A stretch of DNA of 64,000 bases from Candidatus Micrarchaeota archaeon (GTDB lineage Archaea; Micrarchaeota; Micrarchaeia; Anstonellales; Anstonellaceae): assembly GCA_026414185.1 (NCBI GenBank), contig JAOAJL010000003.1, positions 2,896 through 66,895 of the forward strand, written 5' to 3'. Shown here piece after piece: positions 1 through 9,470 of the stretch (the first letter of the stretch is position 1; each line of letters begins with the position of its first letter). The notes below the pieces were generated by a model, which was given only the letters and a program-made list of their open reading frames with translations, did not search any database and was not told the origin of the DNA. Made by a program: the position numbers and the translations under genes.

Positions 1-2
1 TC

Positions 3-365
3 GGCGTGCTTGCAGACGTCGCCTGCATTTTGGGAAAGGCGCGCATCAACATAGAGTCAATTTCCGCAGTTTCAATGGAAGGCAAGGCGATTATCACCCT
101 CTTTGTCAGCGATGAGAAGAGGGCGGCAGGGCTTCTGAGAAAATACGGCTTTCACATCTTGGAATCCGAAATCATCGTGCTGAAGCTCAAAGACGAGCCA
201 GGCGAGCTTTCCAAGGTTTCCTCCGCGCTTTCAGAGGCGGGGATAAACATAATCAACCTCTACATAATAGCAAAGGAGAGGGGCTTCAGCATAATAGCCG
301 CCAAGGTGGACAAGCCCTCAGCGGCAAAACGGCTCCTAAAGCCCTACCTTGACATTGAAGCCTAA
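3..365 (+). CDS. ACT-domain protein (5' partial, ORF open to window edge)
   Basis: The reading frame is open from the first bases of the window. There are two small ACT-like halves (e.g. VLKLKDEPGELSKVSSALSEAGINIINL). No catalytic domain is visible. Confidence 0.6.
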   Translation, partial: GVLADVACILGKARINIESISAVSMEGKAIITLFVSDEKRAAGLLRKYGFHILESEIIVLKLKDEPGELSKVSSALSEAGINIINLYIIAKERGFSIIAAKVDKPSAAKRLLKPYLDIEA

Positions 366-1234
366 AGCTCAACTTCAACCTCGCCGCCAGAAAGGCGCGC
401 GCCGAACCGCGAAAGCTCCTCGTTTATCTGCTGCTGGCTTTTTCCCTCCTTTTTCATCCTGCGCACCAAAGAAAGTATCTCCTCCACCTTTGCAAAGTTG
501 AGATAAATGGCGTCTGCCGCCTGCTTTGCCTCGCTGCGCTTTCTGGAAATCTCCTCAAGCGCCCGCTGCTGCGATTCCAGGCGCCTTTCAAGCTTCCCAA
601 GAAGCTCAGCGGAAAGGGCTTGGGCTTGGCTTTGCCTGTCCTGGCGCGAATAGTAAAAGTCCGCCATCTCGGAAAACGAGCCGAAAGCCAAATCAGAAGC
701 CTCCGCCTCGGCTGAGTAGGAAACAGGCCTGCCTTCCGCATCGCATTTCACGCCAAAGTTCGGTTTTGCCGGAATCCTTATCTGGAAGGCAGTCGCCTTG
801 GGGTAGCAGTATTTTTCCCCCCGCGCTATTTTCCTTCCCCCTGCCTCGTCCTTGCCCAAAGCCGCCTCTATGGTCCCGTCAGGCGAGAGGGCGATGAGGT
901 TGCCTTTCCTGAAAAGCTCAAATACCAGCCTCTCCCCGCTTTTCGTTTCAATCTCCGCTATGCGGTCGGCGTCATGCTGCGCTATTGACGCAACCGTTTT
1001 GCCCTCAAATCTCTTCCGCAAAAAAGCCACAAAACCGTCTGGGGACTGCTGGGCTTGGAAGGACTGGCGGCTGAGGTGAAGCCGCACGCCGGGCTGGAAA
1101 AGGATTTCCTCGCCTCCTGCTTTGATTAGGAAAATCCCGTCCTCCGTCCTTCTTATCCTGGCGATTCTCTTCCCCTCCAGCCCCTTCATCTCAGAAATGG
1201 CAAAATGAAGGTCTGAAGACGACATCTTTTGCAT
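362..1234 (-). CDS. NFACT-N domain protein (short RqcH/Rqc2/FbpA-like, N-terminal domain plus coiled coil only)
   Basis: Track ORF 362..1576 is trimmed to the ATG at 1234 (MQKMSSSDLHFAISEMKGLEGKRI...), because the upstream 114 codons run antisense through ahcY. The DLHF...L.G.RI...FVAFLRKRFEGKTVASIAQHDADRI pattern is typical of NFACT-N. It is followed by a heptad-rich tail. Confidence 0.6.
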   Translation of the reverse strand: MQKMSSSDLHFAISEMKGLEGKRIARIRRTEDGIFLIKAGGEEILFQPGVRLHLSRQSFQAQQSPDGFVAFLRKRFEGKTVASIAQHDADRIAEIETKSGERLVFELFRKGNLIALSPDGTIEAALGKDEAGGRKIARGEKYCYPKATAFQIRIPAKPNFGVKCDAEGRPVSYSAEAEASDLAFGSFSEMADFYYSRQDRQSQAQALSAELLGKLERRLESQQRALEEISRKRSEAKQAADAIYLNFAKVEEILSLVRRMKKEGKSQQQINEELSRFGARLSGGEVEVEL

Positions 1235-1304
1235 GGCAAGATGCTGGCAGAGCATACTTAATATAATAATGCTAATGGGCAACATTATCTTCCGCGGTGC
1301 TGCC

Positions 1305-2585
1305 ATGCCAAAAGTCAAAGACCCGCTGCTTGCCAAAAAGGGGGAACGCGAGCTTGAGTGGGCGCGAAGCAACATGCCTGTTCTTGCCCAAATCCGCAGA
1401 AGGTTTGGCAGGCAAAAGCCCTTCAAAGGGCTTACAATAGCAGTCGCCTTGCATCTTGAGAAGAAAACAGGCGTGCTTCTTGAAACGCTTGCTGCCGGCG
1501 GGGCGAAGGTCTGGGCGGCATCCTGCAACCCGCTGACAACAGATGACTCCGTGGCAGCCGCGCTTGCAAGGCGCATGGAGGTCTTTGCGTGGTCTGGGCA
1601 AAGCCAGCAAGAGTATTACTCCTGCCTCAATTCAGTGCTTGACTCAAAGCCGGATATCGTGATTGATGACGGGGGGGATTTGATTTCGCTTCTGCACACA
1701 AGCCGCAGGGAGCTTCTCCCGAAAATAAGGGGCGGCTGCGAGGAGACCACAACAGGCGTGCGGAGGCTTCGGGCGATGGAGAGGGCAGGAAGGCTTGCCT
1801 TCCCGGTCTTCGCGGTCAATGACGCCTATTCAAAATTCCTCCTTGACAACCAGATAGGCACCGCGCAATCCACCCTTGATGCAGTCTGCAGAGCCACAAA
1901 TAGCCTCATAGCGGGCAAGACCGTGGTGGTGGCAGGGTATGGCTGGTGCGGAAGGGGGATTGCCTGCCGGATGAAGGGGATGGGCGCAAACGTCATAGTG
2001 GTGGAAGTCGCAGCCGCGCTTGGCGCGCACGAGTCTGGCATGCACCGCGCCCTCTGCGCGCTTTATGAGGGATACCGCGTGATGAGCATGCGGCAGGCGG
2101 CAAGGGAAGGCGACATCTTCATAACCGCAACAGGGGGCAAAAATGTCATTGATGCGCAGCACTTCAAGCTCATGAAAAGCGGCGCGCTTCTTTGCAACGC
2201 CGGCCACTTCAACGTTGAGATAAACGAGCCTGCCTTGCGCAAAATGAGCAAAAGCGTCCGGCAGGTGAAGGAGAACATAGCCTGCTACACTCTCAAAGAC
2301 GGCAGGCGGCTTTATCTTCTCTCCGAGGGCAGGCTTGTGAATCTGGCGCGCCCCTCGGGGCAGGGGCACCCGATTGAAATAATGGACGGAAGCTTCGCGA
2401 TCCAGGCGCTTTGCTGCGAAAGGCTGGCAAAGCCAAAATGCCGGCTTGCGGCAGGGGTGCTGCAGGTTCCAAGGGAGATAGACGAGGAAGTTGCCCTGCT
2501 TCTCCTCAAATCGCGCGGCATAAGGCTTGAAAAGCCGACGCAGCAGCAGATGGAATACGCTGCGAGCTTTGAGGAAGGGACCTGA
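1305..2585 (+). CDS. ahcY: S-adenosyl-L-homocysteine hydrolase
   Basis: Start moved to ATG 1305 (MPKVKDPLLAKKGERELEWA). Family motifs: HLEKKTGVLLETLAAGGAKVWAASCNPLTTDD and the NAD-binding GYGWCGRGIA. Length is about 426 aa. Confidence 0.95.
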   Translation: MPKVKDPLLAKKGERELEWARSNMPVLAQIRRRFGRQKPFKGLTIAVALHLEKKTGVLLETLAAGGAKVWAASCNPLTTDDSVAAALARRMEVFAWSGQSQQEYYSCLNSVLDSKPDIVIDDGGDLISLLHTSRRELLPKIRGGCEETTTGVRRLRAMERAGRLAFPVFAVNDAYSKFLLDNQIGTAQSTLDAVCRATNSLIAGKTVVVAGYGWCGRGIACRMKGMGANVIVVEVAAALGAHESGMHRALCALYEGYRVMSMRQAAREGDIFITATGGKNVIDAQHFKLMKSGALLCNAGHFNVEINEPALRKMSKSVRQVKENIACYTLKDGRRLYLLSEGRLVNLARPSGQGHPIEIMDGSFAIQALCCERLAKPKCRLAAGVLQVPREIDEEVALLLLKSRGIRLEKPTQQQMEYAASFEEGT

Positions 2586-2664
2586 CCCTCCATACTAGTA
2601 AGCTATTTTAACTTATTCCATTTTAACCTTCCTTCGCATCCGGCAGTTGGTGGGAGATGATAAG

Positions 2665-2952
2665 ATGAAAATAAGCGAATTGAGAGCCCGCACAGGAAAC
2701 GTTGATGTGACGGGCGAAATCGTTTCAATTGAGCCTGCCAGGGAAGTGGTAAACAAATTCGGCAAGAAGTTCAAAGTGGCAAACGCCACCCTCAGAGATG
2801 ACAGCGGAGAGATACTGCTTTCGCTTTGGAACGAGGATGCGGAAGCTTTTTCGCAGGGCGACACTGTGAGGATTGAAAAAGGCTGGGTCTCGGAGTTTCA
2901 GGGAAGGCTGCAGCTGTCGGCAGGCAAATACGGCAAGATAACTAAGTTGTAA
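2665..2952 (+). CDS. small OB-fold single-stranded nucleic-acid-binding protein (SSB/NABP-like)
   Basis: ATG at 2665 is preceded by GGTGGGAG. The pattern ...NVDVTGEIVSI...KVANATLRDDSGEILLSLWNEDA..GDTVRIEKGWVSEFQGRLQLS matches the single-OB SSB/SOSS-B type layout. Confidence 0.7.
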   Translation: MKISELRARTGNVDVTGEIVSIEPAREVVNKFGKKFKVANATLRDDSGEILLSLWNEDAEAFSQGDTVRIEKGWVSEFQGRLQLSAGKYGKITKL

Positions 2953-3074
2953 TTGTGTTAGAAAGTGTATAAGTTAATATGGTATTGACAAAAATTTAAA
3001 AAAGTTAATACTGTATTAACAGGTGCTTTCTTGCTTTCCTGCTCAAATCAATGCTTTGTAAAGAGGTGAGTTCT

Positions 3075-4742
3075 ATGGCAAAGAATCTGGAGGGACAGCA
3101 GGTCATGATACTCCCGGAGGGGAGCAACCGCGTGCTTGGGCGGGACGCCCAGCGCATCAACATAGCCGTGGCATACGCCGTGGCAAACATCGTGCGCACA
3201 ACGCTTGGGCCCAAGGGCATGGACAAGATGCTCGTTTCCGAGCTTGGCGACATAGTGATAACAAACGACGGAGCCACCATTCTTGAGGAGATGAACGTTG
3301 AGCACCCGGCTGCGAAGATAATGGTGGAGATTGCAAAGACGCAGGACAAGGAGGTGGGCGACGGCACCACCACCTCGGTGATGCTTGCCGGCATGCTTCT
3401 CAAAAAGGCAGGCGACCTTCTGGACCAGGACATACACGCCTCCACGATAGTCAAGGGCTATGACCTGGCGGCAAAGAAGGCAAACGAGCTTCTCGGAAAA
3501 ATCGGCATCAAGGTGGGCATTGAGGACAAGGACACCCTTCTCAAGATAGCATCAGTTGCGATGGGCTCAAAGTCAATAGGCGTCGGCTCAAGCAAGGACA
3601 ACCTGGCAAAGCTTGTGGTAAGCGCAGTGACGCAGGTTGCCGAAAAGCGCGCCGACGGCAAGTATTTCGTTGATGACGAGCTTATCAAGATTGAGAAGAA
3701 GGCAGGCGGAGAGATAAGCGACACCCAGCTCATTCAGGGAGTTTTGGTGGACAAGGAGATTGTCCATCCGGGCATGCCAAAGAGCATAAAGAACGCAAAG
3801 ATAGCGCTTCTTGACTGCGCCCTTGAGATTGAGAAGACAGAGGTTGATGCGAAGATTGAGATTACTTCGCCTGAGCAGATGCAGGCTTTCTTGGCGCAGG
3901 AGGAGAAGATGCTGCGCGACATGGTTGAGAAAATCGCGGCGACTGGGGCAAACGTCGTTTTCTGCCAGAAGGGCATAGATGATGTTGCCCAGCACTTCCT
4001 GAATAAGAAGGGCATAGCCGCAGTCCGGCGCGTGAAAAAGTCGGACATGGAGAAGCTTGCGCGGGCAACCGGAGCCAAAATCGCCACCACACTTGACGAC
4101 CTGTCCTCAAAGGACCTCGGCTCGGCAGGAGAGGTGAACGAAAAGGTCGTTGCCGGCGAGAAGATGGTGTTTGTAGAGAACTGCAAGGACCCCAAGTCAG
4201 TCACCATCTTCGTGCGCGCCTCCACAGACCACGTGGTTTCTGAAGGCGAGCGGGCGATTGTGGATGCGATTGGAGCCGTTTCCTCTGCAATTGAGGAGGG
4301 GCACTACGTCACGGGCGGAGGCTCAACCGAGCTTGAGCTTTCAGTGCAGCTTGCCAAGTATGCAACGGAGATAGGCGGCAGGGAGCAGCTTGCCATACAG
4401 GCGTTTGCAGAATCCCTTGAAATAGTGCCGCGCACCCTTGCGGAGAATGCCGGCATGGATGCTATTGACGCCTTAGTGTCCCTTCGCGCAAAGCACAAGA
4501 AGGAAGGCGGGGAGCACTTCGGCGTTGACGTGTTCGGCTCGCAGGTTGCCGACATGAAGGCGCTTGGCGTTCTTGAGCCGCTTAAGGTCAAGACGCAGGC
4601 AATAGCCTCTGCCTACGAGGCGGCAAAGATGCTTCTGCGCATTGACGACATGATTGCCTCAAAAGGCAAGAACGGCGGCGCAGCCGGCAAGGGAGGCTCG
4701 CCCGGCGCAGAAGGCGGCTCAGGCGGAATGGGCGACTACTGA
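3075..4742 (+). CDS. ths: thermosome subunit (group II chaperonin)
   Basis: ATG 3075 follows GAGGTGAG. Motifs: [19 protein letters not shown], and a Gly/Met-rich C-terminal tail (GGSGGMGDY). An AT-rich promoter region lies at 2953..3060. Confidence 0.95.
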   Translation: MAKNLEGQQVMILPEGSNRVLGRDAQRINIAVAYAVANIVRTTLGPKGMDKMLVSELGDIVITNDGATILEEMNVEHPAAKIMVEIAKTQDKEVGDGTTTSVMLAGMLLKKAGDLLDQDIHASTIVKGYDLAAKKANELLGKIGIKVGIEDKDTLLKIASVAMGSKSIGVGSSKDNLAKLVVSAVTQVAEKRADGKYFVDDELIKIEKKAGGEISDTQLIQGVLVDKEIVHPGMPKSIKNAKIALLDCALEIEKTEVDAKIEITSPEQMQAFLAQEEKMLRDMVEKIAATGANVVFCQKGIDDVAQHFLNKKGIAAVRRVKKSDMEKLARATGAKIATTLDDLSSKDLGSAGEVNEKVVAGEKMVFVENCKDPKSVTIFVRASTDHVVSEGERAIVDAIGAVSSAIEEGHYVTGGGSTELELSVQLAKYATEIGGREQLAIQAFAESLEIVPRTLAENAGMDAIDALVSLRAKHKKEGGEHFGVDVFGSQVADMKALGVLEPLKVKTQAIASAYEAAKMLLRIDDMIASKGKNGGAAGKGGSPGAEGGSGGMGDY

Positions 4743-4800
4743 GCCATTTTTTCCAAATATCTTTTCTTTCCTGTTTTTTTCTGTTTTTTTTTCGCAAAGA
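4743..4800 (+). terminator. T-rich terminator region after the thermosome gene
   Basis: Sequence GCCATTTTTTCCAAATATCTTTTCTTTCCTGTTTTTTTCTGTTTTTTTTTCG. It has several oligo-T runs of the archaeal intrinsic terminator type. Confidence 0.6.
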
Positions 4801-4987
4801 TAGTATAAAGAATGCAAAACAGCGCAAACAGACACAAAGCTATTTAAAGGGATAGCTCATAAAATTGAGTGCGTCGCGTGGGAGGCGCGGCTTATCTCTG
4901 GAGGGGGAATTTGCATATACCTTCGGACACACATTCTCCTTTTCGGGTTGCAAGCCAAACAGCAGAGTGTTTATAGGAGGTGTTAGT

Positions 4988-7900
4988 ATGAAAAGTGCAA
5001 CAAGGACATTTGCCGTGCTTGTGATTCTTACCTTCTTGGCTACAAGTGCGTACGCCGCCTCAGTTTCCAAAAACGGAGGAACGTTTCTAAGCTCTTACTT
5101 TTCAGGGGCGGATTACCAATGGTCCAATCCTTCAAGAGCCCAAGCTTCAGATAATCAATATGCGACCACCACGCTTTCCCAATCGTCTGGTGTTTCTTAC
5201 TATCTTAACGCAACCAATTTCAGCTTCAACCTCCCCTCAAACGCCGTCATAACCGGAATTGAGGTGGCAATTGAAAGGCGCCAGGCTTGCGCTTCCGGCA
5301 GTTGCACCTCCAACGTCACTGATGTAGAAGTCAGGCTTCAGAAAAACGGGGCACTGGTCGGGAACAACAAGGCAAAGGCTACTGCATGGCCGACAACCGA
5401 TTCCACTGCGATTTACGGAGGGCCTTCTGATTTGTGGGGAGCAAGCTGGACTGCCGCAGACATAAACAGCATAAAGACTGGGGTTGTGCTTTCCGTAAAC
5501 CGCACACCAGGAGGATCCAGGAACCTGTATGTTGATTATATCAATATGACTGTATATTATGCCCTGTGCGGCAATGGCGTGGTTGAGGAAGGCGAGCAGT
5601 GCGACAGCAATGAGGCGTGCTGCGACCAGGAAAGCTGCCAGTTCAAGACCGCGGCGCAGGTCTGCAGGCAAGCCGCAGGCACATGCGATGTTGCAGAATA
5701 CTGCACAGGCACCTCTGAAACCTGCCCACAAGATTCATTCCAGCCAGAAGGCTTCTCCTGCAGCGACGGGCTTTACTGCAACGGAGCTGAAACATGCGAT
5801 GGCAACGGCAACTGTGTTGGGGGGACTGCTGTTGACTGCTCAGCAAACAACATCGGCGAGATAGGAACCTGCTTTAATGACCCTGACAACAACCCGATGA
5901 CCTATGATTTCCGACAAGCATTCACATCTGCCTGCGTAAATGATGGGCCTGACAGCGGCTATTGCACCAGTGGAGATGAGACAATAACCCACACCTGCAG
6001 CATTGCAATCTGCAACGCAGTATGCGAGGAGGGCGATACGCAATCGTGCACCACCCAAGACGGATATGGCGGAATTGAAAGCTGCAACTCAGGTTGCCTG
6101 TGGGGAGAGTGCGTTACAACTGAGTTCTGCGGGGATAATATAAAAAACGGGCCTGAGGTGTGCGATGGCAGTTCAGAGGAGTGCACCACCCAAGAGGGCT
6201 ATGCCGGCGAGATGGATTGCAACTCAGACTGCTCCGGCTACGGCGCATGCATCAGCGAAGAGTACTGCGGCGACGGAATAACAAACGGTTTGGAAAACTG
6301 CGACGATGGCGAAAACAACGGCATGCCCAACCACTGCAACTCTGAATGCACAGGCATGACCCCCTCTGTCTGCGGCAATGGAGTAGTTGAGCAGGGCGAG
6401 CAGTGCGACGATGGCGAAAACAACGGGATATACGGACACTGCAATGCATTTTGCAGCGGTCCAACCCAAGACACCCAGCCGCCCCAGCTGGAATTGACTT
6501 ACCCCACTAACGGGGCTTACCTCAAGGGCACTGTCACTCTCAGAGCAGAAGCGTCTGACAGCGAATCCGGAATTGACAGAGTTGATTTCCTCTTCGGGAC
6601 TATCGGCTACCCGATAGGAAGTGTAGAAGAGGAGCCATATGAAGTTGAATGGGACACCACCAACGTTGAAGATGGCACCTACAACGTATGGGCTGAGGCG
6701 TATGACAACGAAGCCAACAAGGCATTAAGCGAAACGGTTACAATCACGATTGACAACACAGCGCCTTCCATAGTGGTCAACAACCCAGGCACAGCGCCAG
6801 CGACAAGCAAGACTATAAGCGCTGTGATGAATGAGGCAGGAACGCTTTACATGAAAGTTGACGCCGGGCAAGTCTGCGACGAGTCCCTCTCATTTGAGCC
6901 CTATGCCGAAACAACCTTCACATCTGAAGAGGACAACGGCAAGACAATCTGCTACAAGGCAGAGGACAACGCAGGCAATGTGGCATACAAGCTATCCGAT
7001 CCGATTTCAGGAATTGACACTACTGCCCCGTATGTCTTGCAGGTGACTTCTACCAACCCAGACGGCATATATGGCATAGGAAGTCAGGCATCCATTGAGG
7101 TCAAGTTCAGCGAGCCAGTGATTGTCACGCCCTACTACTGGTATACCTGTGGCTACTGGGGGCGCTGCCGCGACCACTGGGCACACCCAGAAATCAAGCT
7201 TGCGGTTGTTCCTGGCGGAAGATATGCAGTCTACTCCTCCGGCTCGCAAACAGACACTCTCATTTTCCCCTACACAGTTCAAACAGGAGATTTCTCTGAA
7301 GACCTTGACTACTACAACGCATCCTCGCTTGTCTACAATAGACAGGAACCAAACTTTGTTACAATAAGGGATGCGGCAGGCAATGCGGCAGTCCTGACAC
7401 TGCCAAATCCAGGCGGGGAGGGCTCGCTTGGCTACAGCAAGAACATAATGGTGGATGGCATTGCGCCTGAGATATCCGGCAGTATAACCTCTGGCACCCT
7501 TGGCAAAAACGGCTATTACGTTTCGGACGTTGTCGTGGAATTCACATGCCAGGATTCGCAAAGCGGCATCCTTTCCTGCACAGAGCCGCAAACGCTCTCC
7601 AATGACGGAATAGGCTTTTCTGTGACAGGAATTGCCATTGACAATGCAGGCAATAGGCAAACCACCACCATCAGCGGCATCAATATTGACAAGACAGCCC
7701 CAGCGGTGGTTTCTGTCAGCTCCGACGGCAAAACCTACAACAAAGCCACTTCCTCTCCGCAGACCATAACAGTCACATTCAGTGAGGATATCTCCGTGAT
7801 GCCCTCCATCCGGGTTGATTCATCGCAGCAGACGGTAACCGACTGCAATGACGAGGATCAGAAAACATTCTGCTTTGACTACCAAGTGCCTTCCCCAGTT

Positions 7901-9421
7901 GAGGGAACATACACAATCACAATCTCTCAAGCGGAGGATGTCGCAGGCAACAACATGCCTGATGACTCCACCCACAAAATTAGCGTTGACACAATAGCGC
8001 CTTCCGTTTCATTGAATGGCGTGGGGTTTGTGAACATCGCCAATGCCAACGCGCTTTACCTCTCCGGCACATGCACTGAATACAACAAGGACGTTTCCAT
8101 CACCATCTCAGACGAGGATCCGGAAACAGAGGATGTGCAGCTTACCACAAATTGCTTATCTGATAACGAGATGGGCAAATGGGGCGCGTCAGCAGACGTC
8201 TCCTTGCTGTCAGATGGAGAGCTTTCTATCAGGGCGACCCAGACTGACAATGCAGGCAATAGCAAATCAGAGTCAATCAACGCCCTTAAGGACACTCAAG
8301 CCCCGACAATAACTTTGCAAGGGGACAATCCTGTCAAAGTGATGCTGCGTGGCACCTACACGGAAGCTGGCGCAACAGCATCAGATACGCATGATGGCGA
8401 CCTGACACAAAGCATAGTTTACGGCGGCTCCGTCAACACGGAAAGCGTCGGGGAGTATGTCCTGACTTACGATGTGAGCGACCGTGCGGGCAATCCAGCG
8501 CCGCAGGCTACAAGGACGGTGAAGGTGGTCTCAACAATGGGCGACGCAGGCGACATCGGCGGGATTGAGCGCCCTGTGAGAGTAACAATTGACGGAAAGG
8601 ATGCAGTGGAAGGCGGATTTTACACAGGTGTGCTGCCAGTGAAAGTCTATGTGGAGGATGCTCTGCTTTCAAGCTTTGACTATGACTTTAGCAAGGCGGG
8701 CATAGACTTCTCCAAGGTTACGATAACGCAAGGCACAAGCCAAGACGGGGCGGCATATGTGACTGTTGATGGAATAGATTCAAGCGCGCTTTCCGGCACC
8801 AAGACTTTGTATCTGAACAACACCTCCGCTTCATTCAACTATGTCTGCATAAAGGATGTTGCAGGCATAGTCAGTGTTGAGCAGATAAGCGCTGGGTGCG
8901 ATGGCGCAGGCGAATACAAAGTCGCTTGCGATGGCGTTGCTACTGCGGATGGCTACAAGTGCACCAAATCCGACTCACAGCTGACAATAACCGGCTTGAA
9001 GCACAGTGGAGTGAAGCAGATTTATGTTGCTCCCCCGCCAGCAACAACCACACCAAGCTACCGGTCAAGCAGCAACACGGGCGGAGGAGCGGTTTATATA
9101 CCTCCTGCCTCCCCAGCAACACCCGCGGCGCCACAGCCCCAGCCGCAGATAGAGGAAATCGCCGCGCCACTGACGGAAGTGCCTGCTCCCACCCAGCAAA
9201 CCCAGCCCCAACAGCCTTCAACTCAGCCTACTGCGGCTAAGCAGCAGCAGGCAAGCAAGCCGCAGATAACTGCGCCAACAGAAGAAAAGCCGCAGTCTCC
9301 TCCGCTAGCCGGTGCGCTGTTTGGCCTTGATGCAGGCCAGTGGGGAGTGCTTCTGATGTTCGCAGTTGTTGGCGGACTGGCGGCTGCGCTTTATCTCTTC
9401 ATCAAGATGCGCAGGAAGTGA
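4988..9421 (+). CDS. giant secreted, membrane-anchored surface protein: N-terminal beta-rich domain, disintegrin-like module, Myxococcus-type Cys-rich repeats, multiple Ig-like domains, Pro/Thr/Gln linker, C-terminal TM anchor
   Basis: ATG 4988 follows AGGAGGTG. Signal peptide: MKSATRTFAVLVILTFLATSAYA. Region 5567..5761 encodes CGNGVVEEGEQCD...CCD..SCQFK..AQVCRQAAGTCDVAEYCTGTSETCPQDSF..GFSC (disintegrin pattern). Region 6128..6460 has three CGDG/CGNG...CDDGENNG...C repeats. Repeated ...DNAGN/DxAGN...IDxTAP Ig-like units run to about 8550. The linker APPPATTTP...PQPQ is followed by the TM segment VLLMFAVVGGLAAALYLFIKMRRK. Confidence 0.85.
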   Translation: MKSATRTFAVLVILTFLATSAYAASVSKNGGTFLSSYFSGADYQWSNPSRAQASDNQYATTTLSQSSGVSYYLNATNFSFNLPSNAVITGIEVAIERRQACASGSCTSNVTDVEVRLQKNGALVGNNKAKATAWPTTDSTAIYGGPSDLWGASWTAADINSIKTGVVLSVNRTPGGSRNLYVDYINMTVYYALCGNGVVEEGEQCDSNEACCDQESCQFKTAAQVCRQAAGTCDVAEYCTGTSETCPQDSFQPEGFSCSDGLYCNGAETCDGNGNCVGGTAVDCSANNIGEIGTCFNDPDNNPMTYDFRQAFTSACVNDGPDSGYCTSGDETITHTCSIAICNAVCEEGDTQSCTTQDGYGGIESCNSGCLWGECVTTEFCGDNIKNGPEVCDGSSEECTTQEGYAGEMDCNSDCSGYGACISEEYCGDGITNGLENCDDGENNGMPNHCNSECTGMTPSVCGNGVVEQGEQCDDGENNGIYGHCNAFCSGPTQDTQPPQLELTYPTNGAYLKGTVTLRAEASDSESGIDRVDFLFGTIGYPIGSVEEEPYEVEWDTTNVEDGTYNVWAEAYDNEANKALSETVTITIDNTAPSIVVNNPGTAPATSKTISAVMNEAGTLYMKVDAGQVCDESLSFEPYAETTFTSEEDNGKTICYKAEDNAGNVAYKLSDPISGIDTTAPYVLQVTSTNPDGIYGIGSQASIEVKFSEPVIVTPYYWYTCGYWGRCRDHWAHPEIKLAVVPGGRYAVYSSGSQTDTLIFPYTVQTGDFSEDLDYYNASSLVYNRQEPNFVTIRDAAGNAAVLTLPNPGGEGSLGYSKNIMVDGIAPEISGSITSGTLGKNGYYVSDVVVEFTCQDSQSGILSCTEPQTLSNDGIGFSVTGIAIDNAGNRQTTTISGINIDKTAPAVVSVSSDGKTYNKATSSPQTITVTFSEDISVMPSIRVDSSQQTVTDCNDEDQKTFCFDYQVPSPVEGTYTITISQAEDVAGNNMPDDSTHKISVDTIAPSVSLNGVGFVNIANANALYLSGTCTEYNKDVSITISDEDPETEDVQLTTNCLSDNEMGKWGASADVSLLSDGELSIRATQTDNAGNSKSESINALKDTQAPTITLQGDNPVKVMLRGTYTEAGATASDTHDGDLTQSIVYGGSVNTESVGEYVLTYDVSDRAGNPAPQATRTVKVVSTMGDAGDIGGIERPVRVTIDGKDAVEGGFYTGVLPVKVYVEDALLSSFDYDFSKAGIDFSKVTITQGTSQDGAAYVTVDGIDSSALSGTKTLYLNNTSASFNYVCIKDVAGIVSVEQISAGCDGAGEYKVACDGVATADGYKCTKSDSQLTITGLKHSGVKQIYVAPPPATTTPSYRSSSNTGGGAVYIPPASPATPAAPQPQPQIEEIAAPLTEVPAPTQQTQPQQPSTQPTAAKQQQASKPQITAPTEEKPQSPPLAGALFGLDAGQWGVLLMFAVVGGLAAALYLFIKMRRK

Positions 9422-9470
9422 TTCCTATCCTTTTATTTTTTTCTTTTTCCTGTCCTTAGCGTGAGCTTCT

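Noticed and set aside
1235-1576. N-terminal 114-codon extension of the NFACT ORF, and the 1233..1304 extension of ahcY
   Set aside because: The extension runs antisense through the conserved ahcY N-terminus. Internal ATGs at 1234(-) and 1305(+) leave a 70-bp divergent promoter with a TTAATATAATAA box.
4843-4857. Shared motif TTT(A/T)AAGGGATAGCT upstream of the giant surface protein gene (4843..4857) and the MFS gene (32194..32208)
   Set aside because: Only an 11-mer is exactly shared. By my rough estimate, matches of that length are expected many times by chance within 64 kb. It may simply be TATA/BRE-like context.
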